A stretch of DNA of 64,000 bases from Chiloscyllium plagiosum (Eukaryota). The notes below the pieces were generated by a model that worked only from the letters and a program-made list of their open reading frames with translations, searched no databases and was not told the origin of the DNA. Numbering within the stretch: position 1 is the first letter of the stretch; each line of letters opens with the position of its first letter. Shown piece by piece: positions 50,604-63,082 of this stretch. The translations under genes and the position numbers were made by a program. The stretch spans positions 7,895,946-7,959,945 of the forward strand of contig NC_057750.1 in the NCBI RefSeq assembly GCF_004010195.1, given 5' to 3'.

Positions 50604-51093
50604 TTTTTTTTATTTCAAAAATATACTTTATTCATAAAATAATTTGATGGTCTGTACAGTTGGTCATGCCATACATATGTAAACATGTACATACAGAGAT
50701 CAGAATTTATCATTTTTTATACAGGTCTGTACATTTTTCAATCATATGCCCATATATTTAGCTGAGGCGTCAGCAGAGCCCAAATGACTGCACGGGCCCC
50801 CTGTTCTTCTTTAGGCAGGCAGATGTTACACGGTGGTCTTTCCCCATTGCGCCTTGGCGGCAGCTGCCCCAAGCTTCAGCACGTCCCTCAACACGTAGTC
50901 CTGGTCCTTGGAATGTGCCAGTCTGCAACACTCAGTCGGGGTCAACTCCTTCAGCCGGAAGATCAGCAGGTTTCGGACCACCCAGAGAGCGTCCTTCACC
51001 GAGTTGATGATCCTCCAGGCACAGTTGATGTTCGTCTCGGTGTGCGTCCCGGGGAACAGACCGTAGAGCACGGAGTCCCGCGTCACAGCGCTG
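50604..51093 (-). mobile_element. Young 5'-truncated Tx1/L1-clade LINE
   Basis: ORF2-like C-terminus ...TRDSVLYGLFPGTH...QWGKTTV, AATAAA + A tail, perfect 14-bp TSD GTCCTGGGGAAAGA (50590-50603, 51094-51107), CpGs retained. Confidence 0.8.
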
Positions 51094-52306
51094 GTCCTGG
51101 GGAAAGACACTATTATCCTGAGTGCCATCAGGAAACGCAGCAAAGATCACTGATCGGGAATCCCGTTCTCTCTGACTGGCCCAGAACCACACCAGGATTG
51201 TGCTGAGGTACCTGTCTGGCTTTGAGGAGAAGGAAGGGATCGGTGTTGCCTGTTTGGATTCAGGTTCTTTCTTAAGAAAGCGTGCAAAGCCTTGTACAGA
51301 CCCTCCTGGACAGCTTGCAATGTTTATTCAGTTTGGAAAGAACTCAGTAATCCAAAACATTCCACAGATTTCTCCAATAGCTCGGCACAGCTGCTGCGTC
51401 TTTGTTTTGATGTCTGTGTTGCTTACAACTCTCCTGTCACCAGTCAACCATCGGGTGAAATTTCTAACCTGTCGTTAACAAGGGACAGGAATTCTATTGA
51501 TCTGGCACATTAATACAATCTCAAGCCAGAATATTCTAAAACTCTTTGCAGCCAGGAAACTGTTTCTGAAATGCAGTGACTGCTTTGTTGGCAAACATGA
51601 GAGCCAACTTGTGAAGTCACACCAACAACAAATACATGACCAACCAATCTGATGAGAGGTCACCGAGCTGACACATTAACTCTGTTTTCTCTCCACAGAT
51701 GCTACCCGACCTTTGGCATTTTTCCAGCTCTTTTCTGTTCTTCATTTCACAGTATCTCACTTTGGTCTTTTCGTGAATGGCCCGTTGATCGGGGATTTCA
51801 CCCCTGATATTTTGACACAAGCTAGTTGCAAGCCCTGGTCTGTTTTTGATAGTGCCAAGGGAGTTTTAGATTAGATTAGATTCCCTACAGTATGGAAACA
51901 GGCCCTTCAGCCCAATAAGTCCATACCGATCCTCCGAAGAGTAACCCACCCAGACCCAGTCCCCTACCCTATATTTACCCCTGACTAATGCACCTAACAC
52001 TATGGGCAATTTAGCACGGCTAATTCACCTGACTTGCACAGGTTTCGCCTGTCACTCAGGGAATGATAGCTCCTGACTCCCTTTCACATCTAAACCTTTT
52101 GGACTAAGCCAAACCAAGGCAGTTCAGACGCAATAGGCTAGCCCGTTCAAAGAGCCAGTGGAGGCATGGGCCAAATGGCCTCATTCTGTGCTGTATCAGT
52201 CTACAAGTGGCATTAACGTTGCCTCAGTCATAGAGTGAAGATGCAGGAAAGGGGAAAAAGATCAGTTGAGCCTCATTTCTGATCTTTGATCTATAACCGG
52301 TTCACC

Positions 52307-52962
52307 ATAGAGTCATAGAGACGTACACCACAGAAACAGACCCTTCAGTACATGCCGACCAGATATTCTAAATTAATTTAGCCCCATTTGCCTGCATTTG
52401 ACCCATATCCCTCTAAATCCTTCCTATTTATATACCCATTCAGATGCCTTTTAAATGCTGTCAATGTATCAGCCTCCACCACTTCCTTTGGCAGCTCATT
52501 CCATACACGCACCACCCTCTGTTTGAAAAAATTGCCCCTTAGGCCCCTTTTATGACATTCCCCTCTCACCTTAAACCTCTGCCCTTTAGTTCTGGATTTC
52601 CCTACCCTGGGGTAAAGATCTTGGCTGTTCACCTTATCCATGCCCCCACCCCATGATTTTATAAACCTGTATAAGGTTCGACAACCTCTGACGCTCCAGG
52701 GAAAACAGCCCCAGCATATTCAGCCTCTCCCTATAGCTCAAACCTTCCAACCCCGACAACAACATTGTAAATCCTTGCTGAACACTTTCAAGTTTCACAA
52801 CATCCTTCCTATCATTCTGTGAGACAGGATTGAATGAGGCATTCCAAAAGTGGCTGAACCAATGTCCTGTGCAACCGCAATATGACCTCCCAATTCCTAT
52901 ACTCAATGCACTGGCCAATAAAGGGAAGTGTACCAAGTGCCTTCTTCACTACCCTGTCTACA
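52307..52962 (-). mobile_element. CR1/HER1-type LINE 3' fragment
   Basis: FFKQRVVRVWNELP; same family as the other CR1 copies. Confidence 0.8.
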
Positions 52963-53301
52963 TGTGTGCTGGAGCATATAAAAAGAAACCCGAATTGAAA
53001 CTGACAAGTTTAAGTTTGGAGGTACATGATTCTGTAAATCAATGTAAGATTAATTGGTTTCCGCACTACCCTTCTTGATTAAAGTACCTGACATAAATAG
53101 ATTGGTCTTGTGAACATTGAACTTGAGCGTGAAACCCGTTACAGAGAAATGACTTGTGGTCACATACTGTGGTTCAGTCTCTTTGTGGCTCTGATGTTGG
53201 CTCCACTAGCCGTGAAATCTGTCACTTGATCCTGGACATGGTAAAATATCATTTCCGACGAGAACAGGGATGTTCAGACAGACACAGAGAGAGACAAAAT
53301 A

Positions 53302-53625
53302 AGGGTGGCACGATGGCTCAGTGGTTAGCACTGCTGCCTCACAACACCAGGGTCCCAGGTTCGATTCCAGCCTCGGGCGACTGTCTGTGTGGAGTTTGCA
53401 AATTATCCCCCGAGTCTGCGTGGGTTTCCTCTGGGGGCTCTGGTTTCCTCCCACAGTCCAAAGATATGCAGATTAGGTGAATTAGCCATGCTAAATTGCC
53501 CATAGCTTTAGTCAGGGGTAAATGTAGGGAATTGGTCTGGGTGGGTTACTCTTTGGAGGGTCGGTGTGGACTTGTTGGGCCGAAGGGCCTGTTTCCACAC
53601 TGTAGGGAATCTAAACTAATCTAAT
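53302..53625 (+). mobile_element. HE1-like V-SINE, full length (representative)
   Basis: tRNA head (TGGCTCAGTGG A-box, GGTTCGATTCC B-box), V-domain TGTGGAGTTTGCA...GGTTTCCTCCCACAGTCCAAAGA, CR1-like tail with (TCTAA)n. About 15 further copies, e.g. 16155, 19050, 19930, 25250, 25830, 26500, 39690, 42318, 43350, 44373, 59470, 61325. Confidence 0.85.
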
Positions 53626-54704
53626 AGCTCAGAGTAAGAGCCTGTGTCCATATGCATCACTTCGTCCTGTCAACCATGGCTGTGTAGGCAGCACTGTCAC
53701 CTCTAGCTGAGAACTTTGTGATCTCCTAGCCACTAGAATGGGAGTAACTGTACTTGGAGCTGCTACAGTTCAATCCCCTATGAGTCACAAAGTTCTGAGT
53801 TCAAATCCCACTCCAGGATTCGAAATTCAAGGTCAACATTCTGGAGCGGTAGGAGGTCTGTAGAATGCTGGGGAAAATCTCGTGGCTATGAAATGTGCAA
53901 ACCTTTCTTGCCCCATTCCAGAGCACATCATCCAATGAACTATCCAGGAATCAGAGAATCCCCGCTGTGTGGAAGTGGGCCATTCGGCCTATCGAGTCTA
54001 CATCAATCCTCCCTACCCTATCCCTGTAAATCTGCATTTCCCAATCCACCCAATTCAGAGATGCTCTTGAAATGTTATTGGGAATCTCTGTCTGCCTATT
54101 CAGGTGGTTGGCAAGGATCCCACGGGGTGTTATTTCAGATAATATGGGGTGAGATTTTCAAATATTTAACCCTCAAACAATATCACAAAATAAACCAGAT
54201 TATCTTGCTGTTTACCGCATTGGTGTTTGACAGAGCTTGCTGCGTACAAATCGGTCGCTGCAATGACAACATTTCAAAAATACTCCATCGGTTGTGGAAT
54301 ACTTGGGAATACAAAAGGCACTACATAAATGCAAATCTTTATTTTGTTTTGGTCTCATAAACCTCTTCACTGGGACCACACCTTGTTGCAGGGTTAGGTG
54401 TGGGTTTGGAAATATTACAATGTGGCAGTCCTCATTTACTGCGATTTATCCCACCCCCAGATGTAGCCTCGTAGCCCAGAAACACAAGTCCAACTCTGTA
54501 CATGGCTCATTTCCTCTAAAGAAAAGGGCTCTTCTGTCCAGCAGTAATTTCAGTACAACAGACACTGCTGTCTCAAAATAAATCCTGAGCTAATGTTCCT
54601 TTCCCCTGCCTCAATTTTGTTCTTGTTTTTCTCATTCCTGACATTTTTGGCTCATTATCATCACCAGAGAACCATTCACTGCTGCAGTGTGTCACTGCAG
54701 CAAA

Positions 54705-55040
54705 GAGGAGGTGATGGCTGAGCGCTATTATTGCTAGACTGTTAATCCAGAGACCCAGGTACTGTCCTGGGGACCTGGGTTCAAATCCCACCAGGGCAGA
54801 TGGTGGAATTTGAATTCAATAAAAATCTGGAATTAAGAATCTAATGATGACCAGGAAAAACCCATCTGGTTCACTGTTCCCCTGTAGGGAAGGAAATTGT
54901 CATCCTTACCTGGTCTGGCCTTTGTGTGACTGCAGACGCACAGCAATGGGGTTGACTTACAGCTGTCCTCTGGGCAATTAGAGATGAGCAATAAATGTGG
55001 CCCAGCCAGCGATGCCCTCATCCCCTGTGAATAAATAAAG
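54705..55040 (+). mobile_element. Second tRNA-derived SINE family (representative)
   Basis: GGAGGTGATGGC...GGTTCAAATCCCACC head; tail GGGCAATTAGxGATGxGCAATAAATG shared with the CR1/L2 fragments. Other copies near 1-240, 9250-9575, 22325, 26195, 36430, 47700. Confidence 0.7.
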
Positions 55041-55589
55041 AGGGGAAAAAAGCTCTGAGAAAGCAGATTGAAGTCTGTTTGTGTTTCTACGATGCTTCAG
55101 CCAGTCATGGTCTTATCTTTCAGCTGAAAGATTAAGAGTACAGACATTCCCCAGCTCAAGGCAAATGTTCCAGTGCTGTAGAGAGGGAGCACTGCACCCA
55201 TTCCCAGTTAAACCTCGCTTCCGTCTGTCCTCTCAGGTGAATGTTGAGGATCCCAAAGCAGTGTTTGAGGAAGAGCAAGTTCTTCCTGACCGCCCCCCGG
55301 CCAACGTCCATCCCAGAAGAGAAGGAAATCTTTCACCTCCTTTCCGCGCACAATATCCAACTTGCTTAACACTTCTAAGCAGTTCATTGGATGGGACGCT
55401 TCTGAGAGTTGTGATTAGGTGCTATATATGAATGCACATATTACTCTTGATACATTTTATTTTCATGCTATTTGACCTGGGGAGGCAGCCCCACAACCCG
55501 ATCTCACCCGAAGCCCATCCGAAAAGTGATTTATATCTGGTTTGCTGAGTGCTGAGCAAATCCTGGCTGTTTTTCCACTCCTCCATGGG

Positions 55590-56255
55590 ACTGGCATGCT
55601 GGGGGAAGCCATCTCACCCTCTTTGCCCGTCTAATGTGGATGAGGTCACTTGGCACAGAGTCTCAGATTGAAGCCCTAACTCTAGTGTGGCACTCTCACA
55701 GAATTCGACTGAGATGCTTCTTGTATGCCCGGTCAGTCTGCGTCCCCCCGCACGCTGCCCTCGAAGGGGGTAGAGACTGTCACACACCTCCTGCCGGAAT
55801 GTGCCTTTACAAAGGAAGCCTGGAGGAAGGCGCAGTGGGTTTGGGGTGAGGTTTCTCCCAAGCCGCTCTGTGACGCGGGACTCCGTGCTCCACAGGCTGT
55901 TCCCCCGGGACACGCACCGAGACAAACACCGACTGCGCCTGGAGGACCAGCGACTCGGTGAAAGACTCTCTTTGCTCTGCCCAAACCTAGCTGGTCCTCG
56001 GTGTAAAGTGTTGACTCTGACCGAGTGTTGCAGACTGGCACATTCCAAGGTCCAGGACTAGGTGCTGAGGGACGCACTGAAGCCTGGGGCAGCTGCCGCC
56101 AAGGGGCAGTGGGGAAAGACCACCGTCTGAGGTCTTCCTGCTAAAGGTAAATGGGGGTCCGTTCAGTTATGGGACCCTCCCAGTGTCTGAAATGCATGTT
56201 AATATAGTCTGGTTCAAGTAAGAGATGCCTTTGGTTTGGTTGTTGGATAGAGTCA
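55590..56255 (+). mobile_element. Decayed Tx1/L1-clade ORF2 3' fragment
   Basis: ETVTHLLPEC zinc-knuckle remnant and TECCRLAHSKVQD; same family as 50604-51093 and 38725-39120. Confidence 0.7.
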
Positions 56256-56257
56256 AA

Positions 56258-56920
56258 CAGATAGGATAGTGAAGAACGCGTTTGGTATGCTTTTCTTTAT
56301 TGGTCAGAGTATTGAGTACAGGAGTTGGGAGGTCATGTTGCAGCTGTAAAGGACATTGATTAGGCTACTGTTGGAATATTGTATGCAATTCTGGTCTCCT
56401 TCCTATCGGAAAGATGTTGTGAAACTTGAAAGAGTTCAGAAAAGATTTACAAGGATGTTGCCAGGGTTGGAGGAATTGAGCTATAGGGAGAGGCTGAACA
56501 GGCTGGGGCTGTTTTCTCTGGACTGTCGGAGGCTGAGGGGTGACCTTATCGAGGTTTATAAAATCATGAGGGGTATGGATAGGATAAATAGACAAAGTCT
56601 TTTCCCTGGGGTCAGGGAGTCCTGAAATTGAGCGCATAGATTTAGGGTGAGAGGGGAAAAATATAAAAGAGACCTACGGGGCAACTTTTTCATGCAGAGG
56701 GTGGTACATGTATGGAATGAGCTGCCAGAGGAAGAGGTGGAGGCTGGTACAATGACAACATTTAAAGGGCATCTGGATGGGTATGTGAATAGGAAGGATT
56801 TGGAGGGATATGGGCCAAGTGCTGGCAGGTGGGACTAGATTGGGTTGAGATATCTGGTCGGCATGGAGGGGTTGGATCGAAGAATCTGTCTCTGTGATGT
56901 ACATCTCTCTGACTCTATGA
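56258..56920 (+). mobile_element. CR1/HER1-type LINE 3' fragment
   Basis: LLEYCMQFWSPSYRKDVVKLERVQKRFTRMLPGL; CTCTATGA tail. Confidence 0.85.
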
Positions 56921-57192
56921 CCAGTGTTTGTTTGTTTCTTCATATGCTCCTGTACTCAATACTCTGACCAATAAAGGAAAGCATACCAAACGCCTTCTTC
57001 ACTATCCTATCTGTTTGACTCTCTCCAACAAACAAACCAAAGGCATCTTTTACTCGAACCAGACTATATTAACATGAATTTCAGACACCAGACGGGAGCA
57101 ACATTTATTACCCATCCCCAATTACCCTGGAGGCAGTAATGCTGAGAGACCTTCTCAAACTTGGTGATCCCTATGATGTCAGGATAACCCCA

Positions 57193-57415
57193 GTAAAAAC
57201 AAGGACTGCAGATGCTGGAAACCAGAGTTTAGATCAGAGTGGTGCTGGAAAAGCACAACAGGTCAGGCAGCATCCGAAGAGCAGGTAAATCGATGTTTCG
57301 GGCAAAAGCCCTTCAGATTCCTGATGAAGGGCTTTTGCCCGAAACATCGATTTACCTGCTCTTCGGATGCTGCCTGACCTGCTGTGCTTTATCAGCACCA
57401 CTCTAATCTAGCCCC
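57193..57415. mobile_element. Palindromic mini-Penelope insertion with 16-bp TSD
   Basis: TSD TGTCAGGATAACCCCA at 57177-57192 and 57416-57431; about 85-bp inverted arms. Confidence 0.8.
57317..57352 (+). ncRNA. Hammerhead motif, second family (GGGC-UUUU-GCCC stem II)
   Basis: AUUC CUGAUGA A GGGC UUUU GCCC GAAA C AUC GAUU. Triplet is AUC here, GUC in sister copies (13051, 30922). Confidence 0.55.
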
Positions 57416-57739
57416 TGTCAGGATAACCCCACCCAGCTCTGTTGGGAATCCTACCGGGATTTTGACCCAGCGGCACTGAAGGAATGCCCAACATAGTTCC
57501 CAATCAAGATGGTGTGTGGTTTGGAACTCACAAGGGGTGGTGTGCCCATTCACCTGCTGCCCTTGTCTTTCTGGAGGATCATTGCATGTACTGTCAGAGA
57601 GGGTGCTGGAGGTAGGTCCTCGCACAACATTTCATAACATCTGGATGAGCACTTAAAATGCACAGGGCATAGTATGCTGTACACCAAGTACAAGTAAATG
57701 GGATGAGTGTAGTTTGGTGTTTGTTGGTCAGCGGAGATA

Positions 57740-58360
57740 TGGTAGGCCAAGGTCTGTCTACAGCAGGGACCTCAAAACACTGGAGCAATCCCAAAAGCAC
57801 TGCCCGCACAAGACTCTGTGAATCTGCTGGGAAGACAGACACACCCACACCAACCTCCATTACCAGGGCAATATCCCCAGCATCGAGGCACTGACCCCCC
57901 ACTCCCACTCCACGATTGGCTGCAATGGGCTGAGCACGTTGTCCCCATGACCGACACGAGACTCCCCAAGTGGGTGCTCTATTCCCAGCTCCCAAACGGC
58001 AGGCCAGCCCCAGGTGGGACATGGGAGCATCTCAGGGATACCCTCAAGGCCTCACTGGGCCGAGTGCGGCCTTCCCACAGACACCTGGGAATCACTGGGC
58101 CGAGACCGTGCACAGTGGAGGAGGGGCATCCGGGAAGGCGTGGAGCATTTGGAGACTCGCCGTCGGGAAGAAGCGGAAGCCGGGCGAAAGGAGCACGCTG
58201 CCTCACCAACGCCCCACCCACCCCCTTCCTGTGACCACCTCCTGCCCCCAGTGTAACAGAGCCTGCAGTAGGCCCATCAGTCTGTACAGCCTACAGACTC
58301 ACCCTGAGAGTGGGAGAGAATCATTCTCGATTGTGAGAGACCCCCGCCGATGATGGTGAT
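57740..58360 (+). mobile_element. RTE-clade LINE 3' fragment
   Basis: RLPKWVLYSQL...LRDTLKASL, WESLGRDRAQWRRGI and a CPQC zinc-finger remnant across frameshifts; short (TGA)-like tail. Confidence 0.75.
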
Positions 58361-61300
58361 AATGGGCCAAAGAGCATGTTCCTTTGTGGTGTGACTCTGT
58401 TGTCTTACCAGGCCGGAGGGCTGCTCTCTCATTAGGGAGAGATGACGTGGTGATTTAACCTGAGGATCACCATACCTCAGACAAGGGGAGAGGTTGGGAA
58501 GGAGAGTCCTTCATAGTAACTTCCAGTGGGGTAGAAGTCATGGGTTTGGAAGGTGTTGTCAAAGCAGCCTTAGAGATTTAATGCAGGGAATCATAACGCT
58601 ACTACTGAGCAGCAGTGTTGGAGGGAGGGAATGTTTAACCTAAAAACAATGGACTCAGTTATGCTTTTCTCCAAAAGTGGAAGCATTGCTCTCTCTACAA
58701 CAATGTTAAATATTCACGCAATCTTAATATGACTGGTGTTCTGTCTAACATTTAGTCTGGAGGGATTTAAAACAACATGAAGCAGAGTCTGGGGCCAAGG
58801 TAAATGCACTGCCTCACAGACTGCCTGAAGAGGTATTAGGCCTTAAACCGACAGTACAGCTATGCACTTTTCCTTCCAGGTATTTTAGCTCTGACTTCAA
58901 CAAACACCATGAATGAATCATTCATGATATGAGCATCATTCAAGGCTATCTCGTGCTCTACGTCACCGATGCCTCATTGGAGGGTATTTTGGGTTGTGTC
59001 AATGAGCTATTAATGAGAATGAATGTGATGCAGACAGCGATTGTGTGACTGGAATTACATTTTAATGGCCTCGCGTTTACAATTGTCATTTTACTGAGAG
59101 AGTACAGTCTAGTAACATAATTCTCCAGCTAGCGGTGTCTGTCTTTTATGGAATGCCGTTTCATTTCTGAACAATTTTCATCTGAATCCTGTCTGTCTCT
59201 GACACGCGTACCATCAAAATTAGATTCAATTCACCTTCGAAAATTCATTGTTCTTTGTCTCGGTGAGGTCGGGTTGCTCTGTCTTGGAGTGCTAACTCAC
59301 GCATAGCGTTAAACTTCCAATCCTCGTTCACTTACTGGCTATGAGACGGGGAGGGCAAAGGGGCATTGTTTATGAGCTTGCTATTGGGAGGAATAAAATC
59401 CAAAGCAAAATCACTCAAAACAGATATCAAGGTGTTATCATGTAGCTCTTTGTGAGAGCTTACTGTGCACACATTGGCCATTCAACCCATCGCGTCCACA
59501 CTGATCCTGTGAGAAGCATCCAACCCAGACCCACCCCATCCCTATAACCATGCATTCCCCATGGCTAATCTATCTAGCCTGCACTTCCCTGGACACAACA
59601 GGGCAATTTCCCATGACCAGTCCACCCTGACCTGCACATCTTTGGACTGTGGGAGGAAACCCACACAGAATGTGCAAACTCCACACAGACAGTCACCTGA
59701 GGCTGAAATCAAACCCAGGTCCCTGGCGTATTAGGCAGCAGTGCTAACCACTGAGCCACCATGTCGCACTGTTAGCTTTTACTAATAAACAAGAAAACCC
59801 TAAGTAGGGACTTTCCCATCAGTCTTACAAGCTATAGCCAGGCATTGTTCTCAACTTACTATCAAAGATTATTAATTCTGGTCAAAGTCCCAACACTGAT
59901 ATATTTCATGCTCAACTGTATAAGCGATGCCTCATCAGAGATTTGGCAAAATTATTGTTGGTTTAACACAACATATGCAACAGAGCAATTAAGATCTTAC
60001 CAATTTCATTCAAAATTCTTCTGCAGTTGTGTAATCTGTAAATAAATGTAATTACTGGATTTAACCTGAATACAATGGCTGCCTTTCCAATGGATGCAGG
60101 AATGGGAAAGGCAGTCCCATGCAATGCCCAGTGGCATGGGAAGAAAATAATTCTAAGTGCCATGGCACGCTATCTCATGCACCTCATTGAAGTTGAAAGC
60201 TTTGATTCAAAAGGTACAAACATGTTCTAAAAGGAACTGCCTTCTTGTTGGATCAATGACTGAAGTGAATTGGCAGAAAGCCCAAAACGTAATACAAGTG
60301 GCCACCCAAAACCCAGAGCACTCCCTACACTTCATTCAAAGAATGGCTGGTGACTAAGCAACAGTAAATAAAGTCTGTGTTTCTGTTCGGGCAAAAGTGG
60401 GAGAGGAATGACATTTATCTCCACGTGATATCTGACCTTGCCTTTGTTGTAGTGGGCAGCTTATTTAAAGTCAATGAGAGTGATTCACAGATCAGGAATG
60501 CCTGATTCACAGTTTACCTCCTGCGGATGTGGGGCAGGTCAAATACATAAATACAAATACCTCCTTAAAAGGGTCAACCTCTATTGTAATGGACTAGGTG
60601 TACAGCATCTATTTGAATGTCAGAGAGCTGGGCAGGTTTGTGGAAGAATAGAGAGGGTGGAGTCATTGTAATCATATAAGGCCTTAAGTTATTCTGAACT
60701 TCCTTATATTCTTTCCTGCCACATTGGCATCACTGGCAGGCCCAATGTGTATTGCCAATCTCCATTGTCCCATGAGACGTTGGCGATGAATCACCTTCTT
60801 AAAGTGTCGCCGTCCCACAGTGTAGCAATACCCATAGTTCTGTTGAGGGAGTAGCTGCCATTTTGACCCAACAGCTGTGAAGGAAGGGCGATATGTTTCC
60901 AAGTCAGGATGGTGAATGACTTGGTAGGGATCTGGCAAGAGGTGGTGTTCCCACGTGTCTGCTGCCCTTGTCCTTCTAGGGTTTGGAAGGAGGCTTGAGG
61001 AGTTGTCGCACTCCAGTTCAGAGCAGGCATAATCTTCATGGTGCCCGGGCACAACAATTATGATGTGGAGGAGCCAGTGTTGGACTGGGGTGGACAAAGT
61101 TAAAAATCACACAACACCAGGTTATAGTTCATTAGCTTTATTTTGAAGTACCAGCTTTAACATATAGAAAGCAGTAATTACAGAACATTCATCAGAAGCA
61201 GCACTCCAAAAGCTTATACTTTCAAATAAATCTGTTGGACTATAATCTGGTGCGGTGTGATTTTTAACAATAATTACTCTTCAAGCAAGAGCTGAACTGG

Positions 61301-62424
61301 TCATTATCACATTACTGTTTGTACAGTCATAGACTCCTGACAGTGCTGAAAGAGGCCATTTGGCCCATTGAGTCTAGTAACCCATGGCCAGCAACCCATC
61401 CCTATAACCCCACATGGGATTTTTACTGTGACCAATCCACCCTAACCTGCACATCGTTGGACTGTGGGAGGAAACCCACGTAGACACGGGGAGAATGTGC
61501 AAACTCCACACAGACAGTCACCCGAGGCTGGAATCGAACCCAGATCTCTGGCACTAGGAGGCAGCAGTGCTAACCACTGAGCCACAGTGTTCATGGCAGC
61601 TTTCTGTGCATGATTGGTTTCCATTACTCCCACATTTGAACATTGGGTGCACTTCAAACATTCATTGATTGTAAAGCACATTTCGAGGCTGTGAAAAGTG
61701 CTTTGTAAATGCCAACTTGCTGTGGTATAACAATCGAGTGATACTCTAACTGTACCTATGCTTCCCCGATGAACAGGAAAACAATAACTGTTGCTATTAC
61801 AGTAGAACATAAGGAAAGCAATAATTACAGAACATTGGCCACACTTGATTGTTAGGGTTAGACCATTTCCAACAAGACAAAACCATCTCCTCCAATACTC
61901 AGTGGCATTACCATCACTGAATTCCCCACCATCAAGGTCTTGGGAGTTACCATCCATCAGAAACTGAACTGAATCAACAAAAAACAGCCTGGGAATTCTG
62001 AAGTGAGTAACTCATCTCCTCACCTCCACAAAGCCTGTCCAAGGGTCAGGAATGTGTTGGAATAATCTCCATTTGTCTGGATGAGTGCAGTTCCGACACT
62101 GTCTGGGGGACTAGCCAATCTGCTTCATTGGCACCCCAACCACCTCCTTCAACATCCACTCCCTCGAACAAGGATGCACAGTGACAGCAGAGTGCACCAT
62201 CCACAAGACACACTGTGGCAACTCCTCAAACCTCCTTCAAGAGCAAACGTGACCCTTAAAAGAACATCAGGTACACGGGGACACCACTCCCTTGCAAATT
62301 CCTCTCCAACCTTTCACTATAAAGTCCAGTGTGCTACTGACTGAGACAGCAAATGTGAGGGAACACAGACAGCGTCACACTCATTCACTGATTCCACACC
62401 AGCCCAGGGCCACTCTGAACCTTC

Positions 62425-63082
62425 ATAGAATTCCTACAGTATGGAAACAGGCCCTTCGGCCCAACAAGTCCACACCGACCCTCCAAACAGTATCCCACCA
62501 AGTCCCGTTCCCCTATCCTATATTTACCCCTGACTAGTGCACCTAACCATACACACCCCTGGAGATTTTAGGCAATTTAACATGGCCAATCCAGCCTAAC
62601 CTACACATCTTTGGACTGTGGGAGGAAACTGGAGCACCCGGAGGAAACCCATCCAGACACAGGGAGAATGTGTAAACTCCACACAAACAGTCACCCAAGG
62701 TTGGAATTGAACCTAGGTTTGGGTGGGGCAGTGAGGCAGTAGTGCTAACCACTGAGCCACCCTGAACTGGTGACACAGTGGTTGGCACTGCTGCCTCACA
62801 GCGCCAGGGATCCAGGTTCAATTCCAACCTCGGGCGACTGTCTGTGTGGAGTTTGCACATTCTCACCGTGTCTGCGTGGGTTTGCTCTGGTTTCCTCCCA
62901 CAGTCCAAAGATGTGCAAGTTAGGGTGGATTAGCCGTGCTAAATTGCCCATAGTGTTAGGTGCATTAGTCAGGAGTCAATAGAGGGTAAGGGAATGGGTC
63001 TGGGTGGGTTACTCTTCGGAGGGTTGGTGTGGACATGTTGGGCCGAAGGGCCTGTTTCCATACTATAGGGAATCTAATCTAA
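62425..63082. mobile_element. Head-to-head pair of HE1-like SINEs
   Basis: Minus copy about 62425-62762 abuts plus copy about 62765-63082. Confidence 0.85.

Noticed and set aside
53302..53375. tRNA genes at SINE heads
   Set aside because: The A/B boxes continue into SINE bodies; no complete cloverleaf is evident.
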